Source: a virus (lineage: Duplodnaviria > Caudoviricetes). Taken from it: a stretch of DNA of 24,205 bases. Shown here piece after piece: positions 14,916 through 22,521 of this stretch. Positions within the stretch are counted from its first letter, which is position 1, and every line of letters starts with the position of its first letter. The DNA lies in the IMG/VR virus record IMGVR_UViG_3300045580_000107, positions 1-24,205 of that record; one strand, given 5' to 3'. A program made the position numbers and the translations under genes. The notes below the pieces were generated by a model that saw nothing but the letters and a program-made list of their open reading frames with translations, had not been told where the DNA came from and did not search any database.

Positions 14916-15146
14916 TTACTTGTTGGGTTCGCCCTTTGATTTATCCAATGCCATCCAACCAACTGACAACAAGGTCAATACCGAGCCAATGATTTCGGTA
15001 AGTGTAGCGGTGTCAATGATACCTTTGGCGACGAGTGTACCGCCGATAAAGGTGAGCAAGTGACGGAGCAGAGCGATGACGGCTGATTTCATAAGTGGTA
15101 ATTTGGGTTGGTCGGGGTTGTCTTGGCGGCGACGAAATAGGCGCAT
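14916..15146 (-). CDS. Putative holin (two TM helices); alternative start at 15092
   Basis: LLRHLLTFIGGTLVAKG..D......IIGSVLTLLSVGW...DK resembles Pam3-gp28-type holins. Confidence 0.75.
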   Translation of the reverse strand: MRLFRRRQDNPDQPKLPLMKSAVIALLRHLLTFIGGTLVAKGIIDTATLTEIIGSVLTLLSVGWMALDKSKGEPNK

Positions 15147-15160
15147 ATAAGGAAATGTTT

Positions 15161-15421
15161 TTATTTGGAAGGTGTTGCAAATTCTTGATAATCCTTCGTG
15201 TATTGTTCTTCCCATCCGCTGAACGAGTGAACGCCACATGGTTCGGGCCATACCACAAATGCGGCGAGTTCTTCGGGGCAGGTGTCGTTGAACAGGATGT
15301 CCACGCAGAAGGCCTTGTCTATCTCCCCGACCTGCACGGCGAAGTCCAGCGGTTGCAGGTCTTTCAAAGCCTTGTCAGCGGTAGCCCCGTCGGGGAAGGC
15401 GAACTTGCGGAAGGTGGCCAT
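15161..15421 (-). CDS. Hypothetical protein downstream of the fibre-like gene
   Basis: 86 aa with VDIL...VWP.P.GVHSF.GW; starts 1 nt after the fibre-gene stop. Confidence 0.7.
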   Translation of the reverse strand: MATFRKFAFPDGATADKALKDLQPLDFAVQVGEIDKAFCVDILFNDTCPEELAAFVVWPEPCGVHSFSGWEEQYTKDYQEFATPSK

Positions 15422-15422
15422 C

Positions 15423-16658
15423 TTAGGGGGTTGTCAGCGTTGCGAGTTCTGCGTCGGTGAGGCGGGTGTTATACAAGGCCACGGCACGGATGCGATTTGG
15501 CTTGAATCCGCTGATGAATCCAGCAGTTTTCTCTATAACAAGAGAATTTAATGCCGCATTAAATGTAATTGCACCTGTGTTAAGCGTTCCAACCCGTGAG
15601 CCGTTGAGGTACATCGTTGAATCGCCACTTTTGTAAGCGATAGCGATTTTGACCATTCCCGTGATATTGCTGGCAGATGTAAATAGAATGCTTGCAGAAC
15701 TGTGAAAAATCCTTCCGATATAAGCGTTGCTTGCATTTTTGTAGAGCGCAATGCCATTGGCCACACTCCGATTGATAAAAAATACATCGTCCTCGATATT
15801 GTTGGCTTCGCACTCAATGTAAAGTACGCCCTCCGTCTGCCCGATGGACCCGCTGACCGCTCCGCTCACGGATACCACATCGGCTGAACGGCTACCCGTG
15901 CCTGCGGTGGTGGGGATGTAGGAGGTGGCAACGGAACCTGCTTCAACCTGTGCGCCATAGACAAAAAATCCATTTGTGCCGTTGCCCGTGTAAGAGGGAT
16001 TCCCCGAATCGTCAAGGAGGAATAAAATAAAATTATTGGACGGTTGATTAGCAGTAAATGTTGCGCCTATACGATACCATCCATTACCGTAATTTTGAAT
16101 GAAAGGATTAGTGCCTCCCGTAACTGTTCCAGATGTTAGGTTAAAGTCCAAGTCCCAATAAGCCCCTGAACCGCTCGTCCTTAAACGACCACGGGTTCTT
16201 TCGGATGCCTTTACAAAAAAACTTGCAGTATAGGTTGTTCCGCTTGTTAATGTCAAAGGTTGTAAACAAAAGTGACTTCCCGTAACTGCCGCCTCAATCA
16301 ATTTGTCGGCATTTGTTGTGCCGTCAGGGGATGCGGTCACATTGCCTGAAACGGTTGCTCCTTGCGAGCCACTTGTAGCCACCCAAGGAGAAACATTCCA
16401 AGCCTCACTTTGCAACAACAAGTTCGTCCCCGCAGGCTCCACAAGCAACGCAGGACACCCCGTAACGCCGCCGCTTGTGTAGTAGTCCAAGCGGGGGATT
16501 CCCGATGCTACGGATTCAATTGCTCCCGCATCGTTGAGCCTCGTCGCAGTCGTATTGCGGGTAACGGTGAAATCTCCCGCACCGCTTGTGGGGATTTGCG
16601 AATACAACTTGCCCGTCTTGAAACGAGCGGGAACGATTAATAGTGAAGGCGTGGGCAT
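15423..16658 (-). CDS. Virion fibre/spike-like protein with carbohydrate-binding and LamG-like domains
   Basis: GDFTVTR...ATR, PRLDY, LLVEP..TNLL..SE, NGWYRI, YGAQVEAG..ATSYIPT.....R.AD, C-terminal LYNTRLTDAELATLT; G/S/T-rich. Confidence 0.75.
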   Translation of the reverse strand: MPTPSLLIVPARFKTGKLYSQIPTSGAGDFTVTRNTTATRLNDAGAIESVASGIPRLDYYTSGGVTGCPALLVEPAGTNLLLQSEAWNVSPWVATSGSQGATVSGNVTASPDGTTNADKLIEAAVTGSHFCLQPLTLTSGTTYTASFFVKASERTRGRLRTSGSGAYWDLDFNLTSGTVTGGTNPFIQNYGNGWYRIGATFTANQPSNNFILFLLDDSGNPSYTGNGTNGFFVYGAQVEAGSVATSYIPTTAGTGSRSADVVSVSGAVSGSIGQTEGVLYIECEANNIEDDVFFINRSVANGIALYKNASNAYIGRIFHSSASILFTSASNITGMVKIAIAYKSGDSTMYLNGSRVGTLNTGAITFNAALNSLVIEKTAGFISGFKPNRIRAVALYNTRLTDAELATLTTP

Positions 16659-16659
16659 A

Positions 16660-16833
16660 TTAGAAGTTGAATATTACGGCGAATCGGGCTTGCAGGCAAC
16701 CGCTGACGGCGGCTTCTGCCGCTGCTGCCCCGTCGGTCGTAGCACGGGCGTTGAAGGCATCCCACGCAAGTTCTGCGGGGGTCTTGCCCATCACCATGGA
16801 GCGGGGGTAGCCGTAGCCGTAGCCGATGAGCAT
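16660..16833 (-). CDS. Small hypothetical virion-associated protein (57 aa)
   Basis: MLIGYGYGYP...F.ARA..DG...EA...CL; start at ATG 16833 with TAACC-ATG context. Confidence 0.65.
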   Translation of the reverse strand: MLIGYGYGYPRSMVMGKTPAELAWDAFNARATTDGAAAAEAAVSGCLQARFAVIFNF

Positions 16834-16835
16834 GG

Positions 16836-17117
16836 TTAGAGGAATGTATATCCGATGACCGAACCTGCCGAAACCGTTACCGCCGTAATCTTGCCGCCGT
16901 TCCTCCCGCAAATCACGATGCCTGCGGAGATGGATTTGGTGGAAAAGTTGTAAGCGGTCAGCAGGTTCTCGCTGCCTGTACCCGTGAGGGTGGTCATCGT
17001 TGCGGCTGAATTGACGACAAGAAAGTCGTAGTTCTTGCCCGTTGCGGCTGCACCTGAATCAATCAGTTCGCAAGTACCGCCCTGTCCGAGCATTTGTTGA
17101 AGAATTGGAGTTGGCAT
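16836..17117 (-). CDS. Small structural protein
   Basis: 93 aa, G/T/A-rich beta-type, ends ITAVTVSAGSVIGY. Confidence 0.7.
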   Translation of the reverse strand: MPTPILQQMLGQGGTCELIDSGAAATGKNYDFLVVNSAATMTTLTGTGSENLLTAYNFSTKSISAGIVICGRNGGKITAVTVSAGSVIGYTFL

Positions 17118-17132
17118 ATTTCTGCTTTAGGG

Positions 17133-17140
17133 TAAATGTA
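17133..17140 (-). promoter_or_regulatory. Putative late promoter TACATTTA
   Basis: Same TACATTT core as 21330-21337 and 9546-9553; intergenic. Confidence 0.4.
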
Positions 17141-17142
17141 TC

Positions 17143-17646
17143 TTAGGAAGGAATTTCACAAATGCTATGGCTGTACGGAAGTTGGAACGACAAGGTGGCC
17201 ACCCATCCCGCCGTGCGGTCGTCACGGCTCTCTACAAACCTCGTAAGGCTGACGCTGGTAGAAAGGGTCCACTCTTGCGTCGGGTCGTTTGTAAGGCTTG
17301 AAATGAAGTCCTGAGCGATTTGCAGTTGGTCGCTCAAAACTTCGTCCTCATTATCCTGCCAGCCAAGCGTTGCACTGCCCGAAACCACGCCTCCCATCGG
17401 GGAAATAGATTCCACTCGGTCAGAAAAATACACACCCACAGTAAGGTTGAGAGTACCCAAGTCAGTAGTCGCTGACTGCACATCCGCAAACACCAACGGA
17501 TAGACGATTCGCTCACGGCTTGGGGTTCGCAGGTTGATGGTGTTGTCCGTTCCGATGGCAAGCGGGTCGCCCGTCCCGAAGGAGTTTACCTGCGGGTGAG
17601 CATTTGCAAGCGCAAGGAGTGCTTGCTTGATTTTTATCCAAGACAT
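17143..17646 (-). CDS. Putative tail terminator/neck protein
   Basis: YPLVFAD, EVLSD.LQI.QD, F.E..DD..AGW pattern; follows the connector gene. Confidence 0.65.
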   Translation of the reverse strand: MSWIKIKQALLALANAHPQVNSFGTGDPLAIGTDNTINLRTPSRERIVYPLVFADVQSATTDLGTLNLTVGVYFSDRVESISPMGGVVSGSATLGWQDNEDEVLSDQLQIAQDFISSLTNDPTQEWTLSTSVSLTRFVESRDDRTAGWVATLSFQLPYSHSICEIPS

Positions 17647-17691
17647 AGGCTTGTAGTTTCAAAATGTTTTTTGCGTGTGCGCCCATAGGGT

Positions 17692-18273
17692 TCAACAGTT
17701 ATTGCAGTAGGGGTCGTAGCCGTAAGGCCAAGGGCGGTCCAGTCCAGCACCACGGCGCAGAGTCCGAGCATCCAACGCCATCCCCGTGTTGTAATTGGTC
17801 CCGTTGGGGTAGATGGTGTCAAGAGCCGATGGCGGGGAGTTGAACAGCGGGTAGTCGGTGCGGTTCTCCATCAGGTACCTGGTAATCCTTTCCGAATACC
17901 ACTCGGCATCGTTCTTCACTTTGTCCGTCAGCCTTGTGATTTCGTCCATGCTCATCTGCGAAGATTCCTCGCTGGTTCTGCGGACCATTCCCTTGTTCAT
18001 GTACTTGAAGGCAAGCACCATCGGAAGTTCGTAGTAGAGCCATTGCACCATGGCGGGTTGGATGTAGTCCTCCAAGAGGGTGGTGTTGAGTGCCGTGGTT
18101 GTGCCGCTGACCACCTGCGTCACCATTTCCGAGTACAGGGCCGATCCGACTATTGGTTGGATCCGCATCTCCTGCACCTTCACGATGGTGGGCCGAATTT
18201 GCGTAAACGATACATTCTCGTTGATTACGGAATTGTCCAGCAGGGTTTGTTCGGATATGAATAGTGCCTTCAT
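17692..18273 (-). CDS. Putative head-tail connector/adaptor
   Basis: ALFIS...L...I..NV....I...Q...IQP..G.ALY...LL..YI.P; ATGA-coupled to the portal. Confidence 0.7.
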   Translation of the reverse strand: MKALFISEQTLLDNSVINENVSFTQIRPTIVKVQEMRIQPIVGSALYSEMVTQVVSGTTTALNTTLLEDYIQPAMVQWLYYELPMVLAFKYMNKGMVRRTSEESSQMSMDEITRLTDKVKNDAEWYSERITRYLMENRTDYPLFNSPPSALDTIYPNGTNYNTGMALDARTLRRGAGLDRPWPYGYDPYCNNC

Positions 18274-20375
18274 GCTTTGCTGATTTTATTGCCCTTACGG
18301 ATTACCAACTGCTGCTCCCATACATGGCGGCATTGGGGGCGATTCACTCCGCTGGCGGTATGGTACCAACCACCACGGCGATTCCAAACGCTATATCCCA
18401 TGATATTGCTGATACCGTTGATGTCGTCTCGTGTATAGACCTTGCCTTGGTCAGCCAGGTCCAGCATCACCTTGCAGAACTCACGGCTCGTCCTCTTGTC
18501 CTTGTTGCTAAACCCTGCGGCCCATGCGTATTTGTAGCGGACTTCAAGCACGGGTTCATCCGTTGGCTTGGCTCCTTCCTTGGCGATTTGGTCCACGGCT
18601 CTTGCGATGGGGTAACGATCCTTCGTAATCAAGTAGGCGACCCGCTTGGCGACCTTGGCCTTGCTCACTCCGAACTCCTTGGCCATTTCTTCCACGGAGG
18701 CATCCCGATTCTTCTTGCGGTACCTTTCGATTTTCTCGTCCAGTTCCTTCTCCTCCTCCCCAAGTTCAGCGAAGGCTTGACGCACTTGGTCGTCTAAATC
18801 GGCATCAAACCGCATTGGTTTGGAATGCATGACAACATAGTCGTCTGCATTGCTTCCAAACTTACTTGCGACCACCTCCAAGACCTTGAATTCCTCGTCC
18901 CCCCATCCGTAGTCCTCGGTGTCTTCTTCGCCCCATGTAGGCTCGCTGAACGCCTGCTCTTGCACTCCGAGCAGGGTGTTCACTTCTTCGGGGGTCAAAC
19001 CGAATCCAGCGGATAGCATGGTGCGGGCCATCTCCAAGGTGATTTTTTCTTGGGCATAGTGTCGAACGATACGCATCAGGTTTTGGTACTCACGGCCCGA
19101 CAACTTTTTGATATTATCGTTGCTCAGTTGTGCAGGTGTTTGCGGTTGCTCGTCGGGTTGGGGATTGGGTCCGACCACATCGGCGGGTTGTTTTTCCAAT
19201 GCAGGCAGGCCCGCTTTCTCACGGAGTTCTTCGGGGGTCATTATTTGCAGCAGGGCGGCTTCGGATAGACGCTCCGTGATTGGTTCAACGGGGATAAGTT
19301 CCATGCCCTCCACGCCGTTGAACGACCCCAAATAGTTTATCATTCGCTCCACCTTGCGAACTCGGTCGTTCACATAGGTAGCCTTGAATAGTTCGTAAGC
19401 CTCAACCAGTTCCTGCCGTCCGCCCAGTTGCCCTTCGGTCTTAACGCCGAATAGCATCGGGTTCACGACACGATGCGAAATAAAGATTTCGGACTGGATT
19501 GCCTTGTTTAGAATCTCAAACTGCTTGTCCATATCGGACGGAGTGAGCGGTTCAAGGGTGGGAGCCTTGGACACATCGTCGTTGAAGGTCACCACAAAGC
19601 GGCCTGCATTGTCAGTCCCGCTGAACTTGCGCTTGATTTGACGCTCAATGTCGCCCTGTTCTTCGGGCGTTGGGATGCCGTTGTTGAAGTTGATTAAGTA
19701 CCCGCCCCAAAAGTTGTTGCGGAGGTTGTTGTTGTGAAAATTCGCCACCTGCACATCGGCTTCAATCCAAGCCAAGCCTCCCATGTATTCGGGCAGCGGA
19801 TAGGACTTCACGCCTGCTGCATAGACCCGATAGTAGAACAGTTGCTTGCCGATGCGGTTGTCTGCATCAAAGGCTGGGATTTTCTCTACATCGCCGATTT
19901 TTGGGTAGAGTTGCACCATGTCGTCGTTGTACCAATCGGCCACTTGGAACATCCGCTCGTCTTTGTCCACTCGGATTTTCTCAAAGGGGATGTGTTCCAT
20001 CTTGGCGATGGTTCCCATTTTATTCCAAGTGACTGCAACCGCAAAGCCGTTGAAGATTTCTAAGTCAAGGACCAGTTTCTCGGTGATGTCATTGAGGTCA
20101 TCATGCTCGCTCAACCCGTCAAAAAACTTGGCATAGCGGGCTTGCTGCTCAACGGTCATCTTTTCGCCTGGTTGCCATCCACCACCCACGATGTAGTTCA
20201 CTTTGCCGTTCACGATAGCGTTGTGCTTGCTGCTTCGGCGGTAGTTGTCCAGCAGGTAGTAGGGGTATTCGTTGAACGCTCCGTAGGTGATGTATTTGCC
20301 CGCTTTGTTTTCGAGCATCACGGGGACCTTGTGCTCAATCCCAAGCCATTGGGTGAATGATTGCTTTATACTCAT
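18270..20375 (-). CDS. Portal protein with long C-terminal extension
   Basis: YG..N.YP..L...Y..S..H.AI, YPLPEY.G, F.GT.NAG, I..SHRV..P.LFG...G.LG...EL portal motifs in the first ~400 aa, then acidic, HTH-like and SREFC...CRH segments. Confidence 0.88.
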   Translation of the reverse strand: MSIKQSFTQWLGIEHKVPVMLENKAGKYITYGAFNEYPYYLLDNYRRSSKHNAIVNGKVNYIVGGGWQPGEKMTVEQQARYAKFFDGLSEHDDLNDITEKLVLDLEIFNGFAVAVTWNKMGTIAKMEHIPFEKIRVDKDERMFQVADWYNDDMVQLYPKIGDVEKIPAFDADNRIGKQLFYYRVYAAGVKSYPLPEYMGGLAWIEADVQVANFHNNNLRNNFWGGYLINFNNGIPTPEEQGDIERQIKRKFSGTDNAGRFVVTFNDDVSKAPTLEPLTPSDMDKQFEILNKAIQSEIFISHRVVNPMLFGVKTEGQLGGRQELVEAYELFKATYVNDRVRKVERMINYLGSFNGVEGMELIPVEPITERLSEAALLQIMTPEELREKAGLPALEKQPADVVGPNPQPDEQPQTPAQLSNDNIKKLSGREYQNLMRIVRHYAQEKITLEMARTMLSAGFGLTPEEVNTLLGVQEQAFSEPTWGEEDTEDYGWGDEEFKVLEVVASKFGSNADDYVVMHSKPMRFDADLDDQVRQAFAELGEEEKELDEKIERYRKKNRDASVEEMAKEFGVSKAKVAKRVAYLITKDRYPIARAVDQIAKEGAKPTDEPVLEVRYKYAWAAGFSNKDKRTSREFCKVMLDLADQGKVYTRDDINGISNIMGYSVWNRRGGWYHTASGVNRPQCRHVWEQQLVIRKGNKISKA

Positions 20376-20926
20376 AGCGTGTGGACGGTAAATGAAAGGG
20401 CCGAAATTGCAATACTTGCAGCATCGTTGACGGCGTTGATGTAGATAGTGAATTCGTCATTGACTGCGCCTTGCAAAACGGTTTCGGTAAACACCGCATG
20501 GCCGTTGGTGTGGCCCGTGGTGATGTCGGTCATACTCTGCTCAATAGGTGTACCGTTCTTGGCGATATAGACCTTGATTTGGTTGCCGTTGCCTTGGGCC
20601 AAGACCATGCTGGCCGATATCCGCAAGGCCGCACTTGTGGTCCCCGTGTAGGTGATGGCGGTGGTTGTGCGGGTAAAGTTGTAGGTAGTCAGCAGTCCCG
20701 ATTTCAACGGGGTTGTCAACTTGACGGCACTCCCTTGGGTCGGGGCAAAGTTCTTCACCTCGTCAAGGTAAAGGTTCGCCACGCCCCGCTCTCGGTCAAG
20801 AGTGGCGGTATCGGCGAGGTCGTCAAACAAACCACCCACACGGGCGGCGGTGTTCGCTCCTGCGGCGGTTTCGTTGGTGATGGTTGCGGCACTCGTCTGC
20901 AACTGGGTTCTCGTTTGTACGCTCAT
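20372..20926 (-). CDS. Structural protein (T/A-rich beta domain)
   Basis: 184 aa, I.NET..GANTA.RVG N-terminal motif; coupled to neighbours. Confidence 0.7.
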   Translation of the reverse strand: MSVQTRTQLQTSAATITNETAAGANTAARVGGLFDDLADTATLDRERGVANLYLDEVKNFAPTQGSAVKLTTPLKSGLLTTYNFTRTTTAITYTGTTSAALRISASMVLAQGNGNQIKVYIAKNGTPIEQSMTDITTGHTNGHAVFTETVLQGAVNDEFTIYINAVNDAASIAISALSFTVHTL

Positions 20927-21321
20927 GCGAAGGATTGGTCAAAGGTTTGGTCAAAGACACCCTCGTCGGAAGACCCGAAGACGGTGTACTGGATGGAATT
21001 TGCGAAGGTGTTGAAGGTGAGGGAAACTACCTGTACATACGCCAAGCCCGTTTCAACCACCGCAGTCGCTGCGCTAACCGTGCTACTGGTATCGTAAACT
21101 TCATATTTATACGAGCCTGTTTCAAGCGACCCCACGGCAAGCGAAAATTTGTCATAGCGTTCGGTGTAGTTGGAAAGGTTGTCCGATTTCAGCAGGGTGA
21201 AGTCGGTCGTCAGGTTCTTGGCGATGTTGGTGAGCCGCAAGATGTAGCGGTCACCCGATGATGCCCGCTGCGTCCAAGTGACGACGATGGTGTTGGTGGT
21301 ATTGGGGGATAGGTATATCAT
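20923..21321 (-). CDS. Conserved structural protein upstream of the portal
   Basis: MIYL...RYDKF....G.Y.YEVY...VETG.A; C-terminal FDQTFDQSF; start trimmed to ATG 21321. Confidence 0.7.
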   Translation of the reverse strand: MIYLSPNTTNTIVVTWTQRASSGDRYILRLTNIAKNLTTDFTLLKSDNLSNYTERYDKFSLAVGSLETGSYKYEVYDTSSTVSAATAVVETGLAYVQVVSLTFNTFANSIQYTVFGSSDEGVFDQTFDQSFA

Positions 21322-21329
21322 CCTATTCC

Positions 21330-21337
21330 CAAATGTA
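21330..21337 (-). promoter_or_regulatory. -7 box TACATTTG
   Basis: Exact TAnnTTTG, 8 nt upstream of ATG 21321. Confidence 0.55.
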
Positions 21338-21352
21338 CTTTGCGCCCGAATT

Positions 21353-22429
21353 TCACAATTTGCGCCCAATACTTCGGTAGAGTTCGGCTCTGCGCTCGGC
21401 GGTCTTGGTAATGTCAAACCTTTCACGCACATCCTTGGACAACTGCACGGCCAAGGAGCGAGCGTAGTCGGGTTCGTTCACGAATTTCCTGACCGCCTTG
21501 TACCAAGCGTCCTTCTTGCCGTAAGGTATCACAAGCCCGTTGTGGCCGTGGACGAGAATGTCCGTATAGGGGATGGTTTCGGATGCGATGATAGCCTTGC
21601 CCATCCAGCCTGCCTCAACCACTTTCAGTTCGCTTTTGAGGCGGTTGAACTTGGTATCACGCAAGGGTGCGATGGTTGCGTTGATGAAGTTGTACCCGCC
21701 CACATAGGAATAGATGTCAGCGGCTTGGATGCGTCCGTAGTTCTTATTCACCCCCCTGCAGGAAAGCATCCGCTCGTAATCGTCGTAAACAGGGTTGTTG
21801 TCGTTCCACCCGCCAAGGTAGATTTTGTATCTCCCATCCAGCGACTTGTCGTGGGCAAGCAGGCCGAACGAATGCTCAACGAGTGCGATATCTTCCTGAT
21901 GCTGCGCCCCTCCAAACCATCCGATTTTAAACAGGTGCGGTTCGGGTTCAGCCGTCGTGTCGGGCAAGTACTGCTGATATGCTTCGTAGGGTTCGTTGGG
22001 AAGGATGGTCACGGCTTTGTTGAGCAGGCGAATCTTTTGGGCGAGGTGTTCGGTCGTGGTGGTCACATGGTCAGCCAAGCGGATATGCTCACGAATCTGC
22101 TCATCCAATTTCGTGGACAGGTAGTGCCGATACATGATGTGGCCGCTCTCCAGCACCCAATAATCGTCAAGGTCCAAGATTACCTTGGCGCCAAAGGCCG
22201 TCAAAGCCTTGTAAACATTGCGAATTTGTTCCAAGGTACCTTGACACCAAAGGCGATTGAAAAGCCATATATCAACGGTCTTTAGGTCTTCGTCCTTGAC
22301 ATTGGCGATATTGTCCACGCATACATAGTCAAACTCGGTGTAGTTGTCGCCGATGTAAGCGTTCGGCATTTCCAGCCGATAGAACGAGCAGCCCGTCGGG
22401 TGGGCGTTGTAAACGATGCAAATTCTCAT
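21353..22429 (-). CDS. GT-B fold glycosyltransferase (GT4-like)
   Basis: G..FYRL.MP, DLDDYW, AD.VTTTT..LA, IGW.GG..H..D, APL....FN.LKSELK.VEAG......IAS...PY; start trimmed to ATG 22429. Confidence 0.88.
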   Translation of the reverse strand: MRICIVYNAHPTGCSFYRLEMPNAYIGDNYTEFDYVCVDNIANVKDEDLKTVDIWLFNRLWCQGTLEQIRNVYKALTAFGAKVILDLDDYWVLESGHIMYRHYLSTKLDEQIREHIRLADHVTTTTEHLAQKIRLLNKAVTILPNEPYEAYQQYLPDTTAEPEPHLFKIGWFGGAQHQEDIALVEHSFGLLAHDKSLDGRYKIYLGGWNDNNPVYDDYERMLSCRGVNKNYGRIQAADIYSYVGGYNFINATIAPLRDTKFNRLKSELKVVEAGWMGKAIIASETIPYTDILVHGHNGLVIPYGKKDAWYKAVRKFVNEPDYARSLAVQLSKDVRERFDITKTAERRAELYRSIGRKL

Positions 22430-22432
22430 GCT

Positions 22433-22440
22433 CAAAGGTA
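22433..22440 (-). promoter_or_regulatory. -7 box TACCTTTG
   Basis: Exact consensus, 3 nt before ATG 22429, next to the terminator U-tract. Confidence 0.65.
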
Positions 22441-22441
22441 C

Positions 22442-22474
22442 AAAAAAAAGGGCCACCCCTTGCGAGATGGCCCC
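22442..22474 (-). terminator. Intrinsic terminator
   Basis: GGGCCATCTC-GCAA-GGGGTGGCCC followed by T8 (GNRA loop). Confidence 0.9.
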
Positions 22475-22508
22475 TGACCACTAAACCATGCGGCGTATGA
22501 GAACCGCA
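22442..22508 (-). ncRNA. Candidate trans-acting antisense sRNA (~66 nt)
   Basis: Bounded by TATCTTTG (22512-22519) and the terminator; 5' hairpin TGCGG-TTCTCATACG-CCGCA, then TGGTTTAGTGGT; complementary to the early-gene leader at 12855-12881. Confidence 0.7.
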
Positions 22509-22520
22509 GGTCAAAGATAC
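22508..22520 (-). promoter_or_regulatory. sRNA promoter core GTATCTTTGACCT
   Basis: Exact TAnnTTTG; 13-nt identity with the early promoter at 12890-12902. Confidence 0.7.
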
Positions 22521-22521
22521 T

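Noticed and set aside
10688-16658. Diversity-generating retroelement targeting the fibre or repeat protein
   Set aside because: No reverse transcriptase and no adenine-variant TR/VR pair found in the window.
16655-16665. Stop-codon readthrough or recoding joining the 57-aa ORF to the fibre gene
   Set aside because: Junction is TAA-T-ATG, out of frame, consistent with ordinary translational coupling; all three stop codons end genes normally, so no sign of an alternative genetic code.
21278-22285. 335-aa plus-strand ORF, and similar ones such as 547-1227, 4085-4753, 18264-18797 and 20471-21097
   Set aside because: Antisense shadows of well-supported minus-strand genes; no motifs or start signals.
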